A program made the position numbers and the translations under genes. Shown piece after piece: positions 9,061 to 16,674 of a DNA stretch of 32,000 nucleotides. The stretch comes from Desulfobulbus propionicus DSM 2032 (lineage in GTDB: Bacteria > Desulfobacterota > Desulfobulbia > Desulfobulbales > Desulfobulbaceae). Each line of letters begins with the position of its first letter. The stretch's first letter is position 1. The notes beneath the pieces are model-generated. The model worked only from the letters and a program-made list of their open reading frames with translations. It was not told the origin of the DNA and searched no databases. The stretch lies in NCBI RefSeq assembly GCF_000186885.1, contig NC_014972.1, forward strand, positions 2,910,001 through 2,942,000, given 5' to 3'.

Positions 9061-9249
9061 ATGTCCCGACACCTGGCCTTGCTTGCGCTGGCGGCCTTCG
9101 CCTTTTCCGCCTGCTCTCCGACGGTAACGGTGGCTCCGCCCGACAAGCCAATCACCATCAACCTGAACGTCAAGATCGAACACGAGATCCGCGTCAAGGT
9201 GGAAAAGGAGCTGGAGAGCGTCATCAACCCGGAAAGCGGGCTGTTTTAA
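9061..9249 (+). CDS. ynbE: YnbE-family lipoprotein
   Basis: 62 aa. Lipobox LAAFAFSAC. The PITINLNVKIEHEIRVK core matches the E. coli YnbE core as I recall it. AGGAGG SD lies 5 nt upstream. Confidence 0.8.
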   Translation: MSRHLALLALAAFAFSACSPTVTVAPPDKPITINLNVKIEHEIRVKVEKELESVINPESGLF

Positions 9250-9262
9250 ACGGAGGATACCC

Positions 9263-9583
9263 ATGAAACGATGGATCATGACCGTGCTTTTTCTGTTGCT
9301 GTGCGGCCAAACCGCCCTTGCGCTCGATTTGCAGACGGCCAAGGCCCAAGGCCTGGTCGGCGAAACCCCCAGCGGTTATCTGGCCCAGGTACAGAGCGGC
9401 AACGGAGAGACAGCCCAACTGGTGCATTCCATCAATGCTCAGCGCAAACAGGAGTACGAAAAAATCGCCCAGCGCAACAAGACGTCCCTGCAGGCGGTCG
9501 AACAGCTGGCCGGCCAGCAGGCCATGGACAAGACGCCGGGCGGCCAATATATCCTGGTCAACGGCACCTGGACCAAGAAATAA
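9263..9583 (+). CDS. ydbL: YdbL / DUF1318 family periplasmic protein
   Basis: Signal peptide. AKAQGLVGETPSGYL and INAQRKQEYEKIAQRN motifs typical of DUF1318. Ends GTWTKK. Third member of the conserved triad. GGAGGA SD. Confidence 0.75.
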   Translation: MKRWIMTVLFLLLCGQTALALDLQTAKAQGLVGETPSGYLAQVQSGNGETAQLVHSINAQRKQEYEKIAQRNKTSLQAVEQLAGQQAMDKTPGGQYILVNGTWTKK

Positions 9584-9652
9584 CCGATGTGCGAGGGTGA
9601 CGAACCGCCGCTCCCCTTCCCGGCCCAATGTGCCGCTCCCACCACAATCAGC

Positions 9653-9681
9653 TTGACAGGATAAAACTATACGTTTAAGAT
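9653..9681 (+). promoter_or_regulatory. Putative sigma70 promoter giving a leaderless transcript for the ArsR-family gene
   Basis: TTGACA (9653-9658)-N17-TAAGAT (9676-9681). The A of ATG 9689 lies 7 nt after the -10 element. No SD-like purine run between them. Confidence 0.4.
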
Positions 9682-9688
9682 TTTCGAT

Positions 9689-10000
9689 ATGAAAACCAAC
9701 TACACCCGCACCCTGCCCGATGCCTGGAAACCGATGTCCCGGGTGTTCACCGCCCTGGGCGACGAGCACCGTCAGCGCATCCTCCTGTTGTTTGACCAGG
9801 GCGAACGGCTCAACGTGGGCCAGATCGCCGAGGTGTCCACGCTCTCCCGCTCCACCGTCTCCCACCACCTCAAGATCCTCCGCGAGGCCGAGGTGCTGGC
9901 CTCGGAGAAAATCGGCAAGGAGGTCTGGTACTGGATCAACTGCCCCTATCTGGAAACAGTGCTGACCAACGTGCTGGACTACATCCGCCTGATCAAATAA
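9689..10000 (+). CDS. ArsR/SmtB-family winged-helix transcriptional regulator (no canonical metal site seen)
   Basis: LGDEHRQRILLLF...LNVGQIAEVSTLSRSTVSHHLKILREAEVL...KEVWYWIN. Only one Cys (WINCPY) and no CXC motif in helix 3. Confidence 0.85.
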   Translation: MKTNYTRTLPDAWKPMSRVFTALGDEHRQRILLLFDQGERLNVGQIAEVSTLSRSTVSHHLKILREAEVLASEKIGKEVWYWINCPYLETVLTNVLDYIRLIK

Positions 10001-10071
10001 TTTTGTTCAACATGTCGAAATTCCTAAACTCATCAATCAATCGCTCCTGCCCATTCACGAGGAACCCTGCC

Positions 10072-12216
10072 ATGATGCGCTCGATTGTGATCGTTGTTCT
10101 CCGCGGCCTGTGCCGCCTGCTGTTCCGGGTCGATATCCAAGGAGCAGCCGCCGGATTCAACGCCGACCGGCTGCTGGTGGTCGCCAACCACGAGTCCCTG
10201 CTCGATGGCCTGCTGCTTGGCCTGTTCATCCCGATCAATCCAGTGTTCGTGGTCCATACCGCCGTGGCCAACAAACCTTTCTTCCGTCTCATCCTCTCCC
10301 TAGTCGATTATCTGGCCGTGGACCCGACCAACCCCATGGCCATGAAACAGGTGGTCCGCTTGCTGGAGGCCGGCCGCCCGGTGGTGATCTTCCCCGAGGG
10401 GCGGATCACCACCACCGGCAGCCTGATGAAGGTCTACGACGGTCCGGCCTTTGTCGCCGCGCGGACCGGAGCCACCATTCTGCCGGTGCGGCTGGACGGT
10501 CCGTCGCGCAGCTACTTCTCCCGCCTGTCCGGCAAATATCCCAAGGTCCTCTTTCCCCGCATCCGCCTCACCATCCTGCCGACCACGACCATTCCCCTGC
10601 CTTCGGCACCGACCGCCAAACTGCGCCGCCGTCTGGCCGGCGAGGCCATGCGCCGCCTGATGCAGGAGATGGTCTTTTCTTGCCGGCCGGCCCAGACCCT
10701 GTTTGCCGCCTTGTGCGACGCCGCCGAGATCTTTGGCCGCAACCGGCGGCTGCTCGAGGATGTCCGTCAAATCGAATACTCCTACAACGACCTGCTCAAG
10801 ATGGCCCTGCTCCTCAGCCGGCAGGTCGAGCGGATGACCGCGGTCGGGGAGCGGGTCGGCCTGCTGCTGCCCAACATGGCGCCAACGCTTGGCCTGCTGC
10901 TCGGCCTGACCGCCCGCCGCCGCATCCCAGCCATGCTCAACTACACCGCTGGTCTCGACGCCCTCCGGGCCGCCTGCACTGCCGCCGAAATCCGCACCGT
11001 ACTCACCTCGCGCGCCTTTGTCGCCCAGGCCAAGCTGGCCGACAAGCTGGCCGGTCTGCACGGGGTGCAGTTGGTCTATCTGGAGGATCTCAAGGCCAAC
11101 ACCCGTCTGGCCGACACCCTGTGGCTGCTCGCCTACGCGATCCATGCGCCCCGATCCCATGCTCTGCCCGCTTCGCCGGAAGATCCGGCGGTGATCCTCT
11201 TTACCTCGGGCTCCGAGGGTATGCCCAAGGGGGTGGTTCTGTCCCACCGGGCCCTCCTGGCCAACATCGCCCAGGTGCGAGCGGTGATCGATTTTTCCGT
11301 GGACGACAAGGTGCTCAACGCCATGCCGATCTTCCACTCCTTTGGCCTCACCGCCGGCACCCTGCTGCCGATACTCACCGGAGCGAGCCTCTTTCTCTAT
11401 CCAACGCCGCTGCACTACCGGGTCATTCCCGAATTGGCCTATGATCGCAACTGCACCGTGCTATTCGGCACATCCACCTTCCTCAACAACTACGCCCACC
11501 ACGCCCATCCCTATGATTTCTACCGGTTGCGCTATGTGGTGGCCGGGGCGGAGAAACTCTCCGAAGCGGTGCGCAGCCTGTGGTTCGAAAAATTCGGCAT
11601 CCGCATCTTCGAGGGCTACGGGACCACCGAAACCGCCCCGGTGCTGGCGGTGAACACGCCCATGGCCTACCGCACCGGCACGGTCGGCACCCTGCTGCCC
11701 GGCATCGAGGCCCGCCTGGTCGCTGTTGCCGGCGTCGAGCGGGGTGGCATCCTCCACGTACGCGGTCCGAACCTGATGAGCGGCTACCTCAAGGCCGACC
11801 GGCCCGGAGTGCTGCAGCCGCCGTCCTCCGAACTGGGCGAGGGCTGGTATGCAACCGGCGATGTGGTGGAGATCGATAGCGAGGGGTTTGTGCGCATTGT
11901 CGGCCGCATGAAGCGTTTTGCCAAGATCGCCGGCGAGATGATCAGCCTGGAGGTGGTGGAGCGATTGGCCGTGGCCGCCTCCCCGACCTGCAGCCATGCG
12001 GCCGTGAGCCAACCGGATGCCGCCAAGGGCGAAGCCCTGGTGCTCTTCACCACCGACCCGGCGCTCAGCCGCGACCAGTTGAGCACAGCGGCCAGGGAAC
12101 TGGGTGTTGCCGAACTGGCCGTGCCACGCACCATCCGGCCGGTCGAATCGCTGCCTCTAATGGGCACCGGCAAGGTCGATCACCTCGCCCTGCAACGGTT
12201 GGCGGCATCTGCCTGA
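10072..12216 (+). CDS. aas: Bifunctional 2-acylglycerophosphoethanolamine acyltransferase / acyl-ACP synthetase (Aas)
   Basis: N-terminal PlsC-type acyltransferase (NHESLLDG = HX4D; FPEGRITTTG). C-terminal adenylate-forming domain (ILFTSGSEGMPKGVVLSH, GYGTTE, GDVVEIDSEGF, GRMKRFAKIAGE). The track starts at TTG 10003. ATG 10072 has a GAGGAA SD 8 nt upstream. Confidence 0.85.
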   Translation: MMRSIVIVVLRGLCRLLFRVDIQGAAAGFNADRLLVVANHESLLDGLLLGLFIPINPVFVVHTAVANKPFFRLILSLVDYLAVDPTNPMAMKQVVRLLEAGRPVVIFPEGRITTTGSLMKVYDGPAFVAARTGATILPVRLDGPSRSYFSRLSGKYPKVLFPRIRLTILPTTTIPLPSAPTAKLRRRLAGEAMRRLMQEMVFSCRPAQTLFAALCDAAEIFGRNRRLLEDVRQIEYSYNDLLKMALLLSRQVERMTAVGERVGLLLPNMAPTLGLLLGLTARRRIPAMLNYTAGLDALRAACTAAEIRTVLTSRAFVAQAKLADKLAGLHGVQLVYLEDLKANTRLADTLWLLAYAIHAPRSHALPASPEDPAVILFTSGSEGMPKGVVLSHRALLANIAQVRAVIDFSVDDKVLNAMPIFHSFGLTAGTLLPILTGASLFLYPTPLHYRVIPELAYDRNCTVLFGTSTFLNNYAHHAHPYDFYRLRYVVAGAEKLSEAVRSLWFEKFGIRIFEGYGTTETAPVLAVNTPMAYRTGTVGTLLPGIEARLVAVAGVERGGILHVRGPNLMSGYLKADRPGVLQPPSSELGEGWYATGDVVEIDSEGFVRIVGRMKRFAKIAGEMISLEVVERLAVAASPTCSHAAVSQPDAAKGEALVLFTTDPALSRDQLSTAARELGVAELAVPRTIRPVESLPLMGTGKVDHLALQRLAASA

Positions 12217-12254
12217 CACAACCTCTTCCGATCATTCAGTCCAAAGGCCACACC

Positions 12255-14135
12255 ATGAGTTCACAATTCGGTTTGCTCAAGACCCCGCGTTTCCTGCCCT
12301 TCTTCATCACCCAGTTTCTCGGCGCCTTCAACGACAACCTGTTCAAGAACGCCCTGATCGTGCTGCTCACCTTCCAGGCGGCCAGTTGGACCAGCCTCAA
12401 GGCCGAGATCCTGGCCAACCTGGCGGCGGGCATCTTCATCCTGCCCTTTTTCCTCTTCTCCGCCACCGCCGGTCAGTTGGCGGACAAGCACGACAAGGCC
12501 ACCCTCGCCCGGCTGGTCAAGGTGCTGGAGATGGCGATCATGGCCGTGGCCGCCGCCGGCTTCTGGCTGCACAGCCTCCCCCTGCTGCTCGGGGCCCTGT
12601 TTCTGCTCGGCTGCCATTCCACCCTGTTCGGGCCGGTCAAGTACGCCATCCTGCCCCAGCACCTCCATGAGGACGAGCTGGTCGGCGGCAACGCCCTGAT
12701 CGAGGCCGGCACCTTTGTCGCCATCCTCATCGGCACCCTGACCGGTGGCCTGTTGGCCGGTGCGGTCACCCACCCGGTGTGGGTCGCCGCTGGGGGCTTG
12801 CTGGTGGCCTTTGTCGGTTACCTGAGCAGCCGGGGGATCCCCACCGCACCACCGCCGGCCCCGGAGCTGCGCGTCAATCCCAATCCGATCACCGAAACCT
12901 GGCGCAACATTGCCTTTGCCCGCGAAAACCGCACCGTGTTCCTCTCCATCCTGGGTATCTCCTGGTTCTGGCTCTACGGCGCCCTGTTCCTGGCCCAGTT
13001 TCCGGCCTATGCCAAGAATGTGCTCGGTGGCGCGGAATCCACGGTCACCCTGCTGCTGGCCATCTTCACCATCGGTATCGGCATCGGCTCGCTGCTGTGC
13101 GAACGGCTGTCCGGCAAACGGGTGGAGATCGGACTGGTGCCCTTTGGTTCCATCGGCCTGACCCTGTTCGGCCTGGATCTGGCCCTGGCCTCTCCCGCCG
13201 GGCCGATTGCCGGTGCTCCGCTCGGTCTGGGAATGCTGCTCGGTCAGTGGTCCACCTGGCGAATCCTGGTGGATCTGGTGCTGATCGGCATGTTCGGCGG
13301 CTTTTTCATCGTCCCCCTCTATGCCCTGGTGCAGGTGCGCAGCGCGACTGAACATCGAGCGCGGATCATCGCCGCCAACAATATCCTCAACGCCCTGTTC
13401 ATGGTGGTGGGAGCCGTGGCCGCCGGTGCCCTGCTGGGCGCGGGCATGACCATTCCCTGGCTGTTTGCCGTGGCAGCGGTGTGCAACGCCGTGGTCGCCC
13501 TCTATATCTACGGCCTGATCCCCGAGTTCCTCCTCCGCTTCCTCGCCTGGCTGCTGGTGCACGGTGCCTATCGGCTGGAGAAGCGGGGCATCGACCATAT
13601 TCCCGTGGAGGGGCCGGCGGTGCTGGTGTGCAACCATGTCAGTCTGGTGGACGTGTTGGTGATCATGGCCGCCTCGCCACGGCCGGTCCGCTTTTTGCTC
13701 GACGAACGCTTCTTCCGCCTGCCGATCCTCGGCAGTCTACTGCGCCGCAGCGGTGCCATCGGCGCGGACCTGAGCGATGCGCACTCCGCCTCCCTGGTGC
13801 GAGTCCAGGAGGAGGCCGCCGCCACCCTGGCCGCGGGCAACCTGGTGGCCCTGTTCCCGGAGGTGACCCACACACCGGACGGCCACCTGCAACCCTTCCG
13901 CCCGATCGTCACGCCCATCGTTGCCCGCATCCCGGCACCGGTCATTCCCATGGCGCTGCAGGGCTTGTGGGGCAGCTTCTTTTCCCGGATCGAGGGGAGG
14001 GCCTTGGGCCGCCCTTTCCGCCGGGGGCTGCTGTCACGCATCGCGATAGTGATTGGAGCGCCATTGACCGCTGACGAGGCCACGCCCGAGCGGCTGCGAC
14101 AGGCGGTGCAGGATTTGCGAGGAGAATGTCGTTGA
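12255..14135 (+). CDS. lplT: Lysophospholipid transporter LplT (MFS) fused to a C-terminal PlsC-type acyltransferase domain
   Basis: N-terminus FLPFFITQFLGAFNDNLFKNALIVLL and about 12 predicted TM segments typical of LplT (about nt 12255-13520). The C-terminal roughly 200 aa carry VCNHVSLVDVLV (HX4D, nt 13631-13651) and FPEVTHTPDG. Confidence 0.8.
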   Translation: MSSQFGLLKTPRFLPFFITQFLGAFNDNLFKNALIVLLTFQAASWTSLKAEILANLAAGIFILPFFLFSATAGQLADKHDKATLARLVKVLEMAIMAVAAAGFWLHSLPLLLGALFLLGCHSTLFGPVKYAILPQHLHEDELVGGNALIEAGTFVAILIGTLTGGLLAGAVTHPVWVAAGGLLVAFVGYLSSRGIPTAPPPAPELRVNPNPITETWRNIAFARENRTVFLSILGISWFWLYGALFLAQFPAYAKNVLGGAESTVTLLLAIFTIGIGIGSLLCERLSGKRVEIGLVPFGSIGLTLFGLDLALASPAGPIAGAPLGLGMLLGQWSTWRILVDLVLIGMFGGFFIVPLYALVQVRSATEHRARIIAANNILNALFMVVGAVAAGALLGAGMTIPWLFAVAAVCNAVVALYIYGLIPEFLLRFLAWLLVHGAYRLEKRGIDHIPVEGPAVLVCNHVSLVDVLVIMAASPRPVRFLLDERFFRLPILGSLLRRSGAIGADLSDAHSASLVRVQEEAAATLAAGNLVALFPEVTHTPDGHLQPFRPIVTPIVARIPAPVIPMALQGLWGSFFSRIEGRALGRPFRRGLLSRIAIVIGAPLTADEATPERLRQAVQDLRGECR

Positions 14136-14151
14136 GAGCGGAAACCGGAAT

Positions 14152-15849
14152 TTACATCCGGCCGTGGCGGATAATCGAGAGCAGCAGCCAGAACCCCATG
14201 ACGCCGGCGAACAGAAAACCGAGCAGGCCGATGACCGGAATGCTGTGCCAGTGGGGGGGGATGTCGGAGAGGACGATCAGCGAACTGCCGACAATGAGGG
14301 CGGCCAGAACAATGGCAAAGCTGATCCGGTTGGACACCCGGTCCAGGGTGGAGTCCAAGGACTTCAGTCCCCGGTGCTCGAACTCCAGCCGCATCCGGCC
14401 GCTGCGCAGCTGGGAGAGGATGGTGCGGAGCTCGTCGGGCAGGTCGCGCAGCAGCTGCAGGTAAGAGGTGCCGGTGTGGGACAGTTCCTCGGCGATCCGT
14501 CCGGGCTGCATCCGCCCCAACCGGATCTTGCGCATGAACGGTTTGGCCAGGCGGATCAGTTCGAGCTTGGGGTCGAGCATCAACCCCACCCCCTCCACCG
14601 TGCTCAGGGCCTTCATCATCAGATAGAGGCTTGGCTTGAAGGAGAGTTTGTGCCGTGATACCAGGTCGAGCAGATCCTGAAGAATCTTGGCGGCCTCTAG
14701 ATCCTCCAGCGGCCGATAGAGGTACATGTCCATCAGACTGCCCAGATCGCGGCCCAGATTTTCCCGGTCGACCTCGCCCAGTTGCACCGTCACCTTGAGC
14801 ACGCCGCTGACCACCTGCTGCTCGTTGCCGGCCACCAAGTCGAGCACCAGGTCGGTGAAATCCTCTCGATCCTTGAGTGACAGCCGCCCCATCTGCCCGA
14901 AGTCAATAAAGCAGAGCACATTGTCCGGCAGGACAAACACGTTGCCCGGATGGGGATCGGCGTGGAAAAAACCGTGGACAAAGATCTGCTCCATCACCAG
15001 ATTGGCCCCGCGCTCGGCGATCAACGGCAGGTCATAGCCCTGCTCGCGCAGCAGATGCACTTTGGATGACTTGATGCCGATCACATATTCCATCACCAGA
15101 ATGCGATCGGTGCTCAGCTCTGGATAGACCAAGGGCACATGGATGGCCGGGTTGCCCTCGAACTGGCGGGCAAAGCGCTGGATGTTGGCCAGTTCGATGG
15201 AAAAATCGATCTCCCGGCTGAGGCTGCGGGCAAACTCGTGGACAATGGCCATGGGCTGATGCCCCTGGACCTCCTCCAGGTACTGCTCCATCAGCTCGGC
15301 GATGTGGGCCAGGATCTCCAGATCCACGGCGATGACGTTTTCGATCCCGGGCCGTTGTACCTTGACCACCACCTCGGCGCCGTTGTCCATGCGCGCCCGG
15401 TGTACCTGGCCAATGGAGGCCGCGGCCAAGGGCTCGGTGTCGAAATAATGGAAAATCTCCTCCGGCGCCCGCCCCAGTTCCTCCTTGATGATCGCCTGCA
15501 CCTCGTCGATGCCGAAAGCGGCGATATCATCCTGGAGCTTGGCCAATTCGTCAAGGAAATCGGCGGGAATCAAGTCGGGCCGGGTGGAGAGCAGTTGGCC
15601 GAGTTTGATAAAGGTTGGCCCCAACTCCTCGAAGACCAGCCGCAGCCGCTCCGGCCGGGACAGCCGCGCGATCTGCTCGCGCGGCTTGCGGTTGATCATC
15701 TGCAGTCCGGACTCCAGGTACTGGTCGATGTGCAGACGGTCAACCAGATCATTGAAGCCGTACTTGAACAGCACCCGCAGGATGCGGTGATAGCGGTTGA
15801 GGTGGCGGTAGGTCCGGCCGATGGCGCCGAGCTTGCGGATACTGAACAT
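14152..15849 (-). CDS. ubiB: ABC1/UbiB-family atypical kinase with C-terminal TM helices
   Basis: RLRLVFEELGPTFIKLGQLLSTRPDL, AAASIGQVHRA, VVVKVQRPG, FFHADPHPGN, IDFG. Two hydrophobic helices at the C-terminus. Confidence 0.9.
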   Translation of the reverse strand: MFSIRKLGAIGRTYRHLNRYHRILRVLFKYGFNDLVDRLHIDQYLESGLQMINRKPREQIARLSRPERLRLVFEELGPTFIKLGQLLSTRPDLIPADFLDELAKLQDDIAAFGIDEVQAIIKEELGRAPEEIFHYFDTEPLAAASIGQVHRARMDNGAEVVVKVQRPGIENVIAVDLEILAHIAELMEQYLEEVQGHQPMAIVHEFARSLSREIDFSIELANIQRFARQFEGNPAIHVPLVYPELSTDRILVMEYVIGIKSSKVHLLREQGYDLPLIAERGANLVMEQIFVHGFFHADPHPGNVFVLPDNVLCFIDFGQMGRLSLKDREDFTDLVLDLVAGNEQQVVSGVLKVTVQLGEVDRENLGRDLGSLMDMYLYRPLEDLEAAKILQDLLDLVSRHKLSFKPSLYLMMKALSTVEGVGLMLDPKLELIRLAKPFMRKIRLGRMQPGRIAEELSHTGTSYLQLLRDLPDELRTILSQLRSGRMRLEFEHRGLKSLDSTLDRVSNRISFAIVLAALIVGSSLIVLSDIPPHWHSIPVIGLLGFLFAGVMGFWLLLSIIRHGRM

Positions 15850-15857
15850 GCGCGATA

Positions 15858-16166
15858 TTACTCGCCGTCACTCCGGTTGGTGGCCACCTGCAGTTCCTCG
15901 ATCTTGCGCTGCAACTCGGCGATTTCGTCCTTGGTGGCCAAATTGAGCTGCTTGATCCGGTCCTCGACCCGCTTATTGATCCACAGATCCAGCTGATCCT
16001 TGGCCTTTTCGGATTTGCGCAACAGGTCATCGACGAACTGTTTGCCCTCTTCCTGGGACATCTTGCCCTTTTCAATCAGTTCGCCCTTGAGCTCCTCGAT
16101 CTTTTCCTTGGTGAGAAAGGCCGCGCCGATTCCGGCATAGACTATGTTTTTCAGCATCTCTTTCAT
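15858..16166 (-). CDS. Phasin-family / COG3937-like coiled-coil protein
   Basis: MKEMLKNIVYAGIGAAFLTKEKIEELKGELIEKGKMSQEEGKQFVDDLL...ATKDEIAELQRKIEELQ. The track start is 16226. I prefer ATG 16166 because GGAGGAG lies directly upstream (ATGGAGGAGATCATG). Its stop is 8 nt before the ubiB start. Confidence 0.55.
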   Translation of the reverse strand: MKEMLKNIVYAGIGAAFLTKEKIEELKGELIEKGKMSQEEGKQFVDDLLRKSEKAKDQLDLWINKRVEDRIKQLNLATKDEIAELQRKIEELQVATNRSDGE

Positions 16167-16232
16167 GATCTCCTCCATGGGTGCAAAAACGTGGACTATA
16201 CTGGGCGCGCTCGCAGAGCCGCCCATCCCGTG

Positions 16233-16604
16233 TCAATTTTTGTCGACATCCCGATGGGCGACCTCCGCCCGCAGCCCCTGCCGCTCAAGAAGGGCGCGCA
16301 GGTACTCGACCACGGCCACCGAGCGGTGTTTGCCGCCGGTACATCCCACCGCCACGGTCACCGACTCCCGCCCTCCCGCCGCGTACTCATTCAACAAAAA
16401 AATCAGCAGGGGTTCAAGCAGGGCAAGAAACCGTGCGCCGCTCTGGTTGCCGAGCACATAGCTGGCCACCCGTGGCTCCCTGCCGGTAAAGGGTTGCAGC
16501 TCCGGCACCCAAAACGGGTTGGGCAAGAAACGGACATCCCAGACCAGATCGGCCGCGGCCGGACCATGCTTGAACCCAAAGGAATAGAGGGAAATTTTCA
16601 CCAT
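16233..16604 (-). CDS. Stand-alone RapZ C-terminal domain protein (no P-loop N-terminal domain)
   Basis: 123 aa. SFGFKHGPAAADLVWDVRFLPNPFW and VAVGCTGGKHRSV align with about residues 152-281 of E. coli RapZ (FESFGFKHG..DVRFLPNPHW..IGCTGGKHRSV) as I recall that sequence. The upstream 143 nt are non-coding and are followed by the ClC 3' end. Confidence 0.75.
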   Translation of the reverse strand: MVKISLYSFGFKHGPAAADLVWDVRFLPNPFWVPELQPFTGREPRVASYVLGNQSGARFLALLEPLLIFLLNEYAAGGRESVTVAVGCTGGKHRSVAVVEYLRALLERQGLRAEVAHRDVDKN

Positions 16605-16646
16605 AGCCTCATGAATGGCTGCGAAAAGGGGGACAGGATATAATGC

Positions 16647-16674
16647 AGTATAAGCACCGCTTGTATTTGTTCAA
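16647..16674 (-). promoter_or_regulatory. Putative sigma70 promoter for the rapZ-CTD/phasin/ubiB genes
   Basis: The minus strand reads TTGAAC (16674-16669)-N16-TATACT (16652-16647), about 40 nt upstream of ATG 16604. Confidence 0.45.

Noticed and set aside
10003-10071. N-terminal extensions implied by the first start codon in the track. Examples: 10003 for aas, 29241 for CoADR-RHD, 24413 for ykgJ-like, 16226 for phasin-like, 24503 and 18849 for the small ORFs, 1922 for gpgS, 2286 for the RR.
   Set aside because: In each case a downstream ATG is preceded by a clear GGAGG/GAGG SD at 5-9 nt and gives the family-typical N-terminus. The extensions are non-protein-like or run through promoter-like AT-rich DNA.
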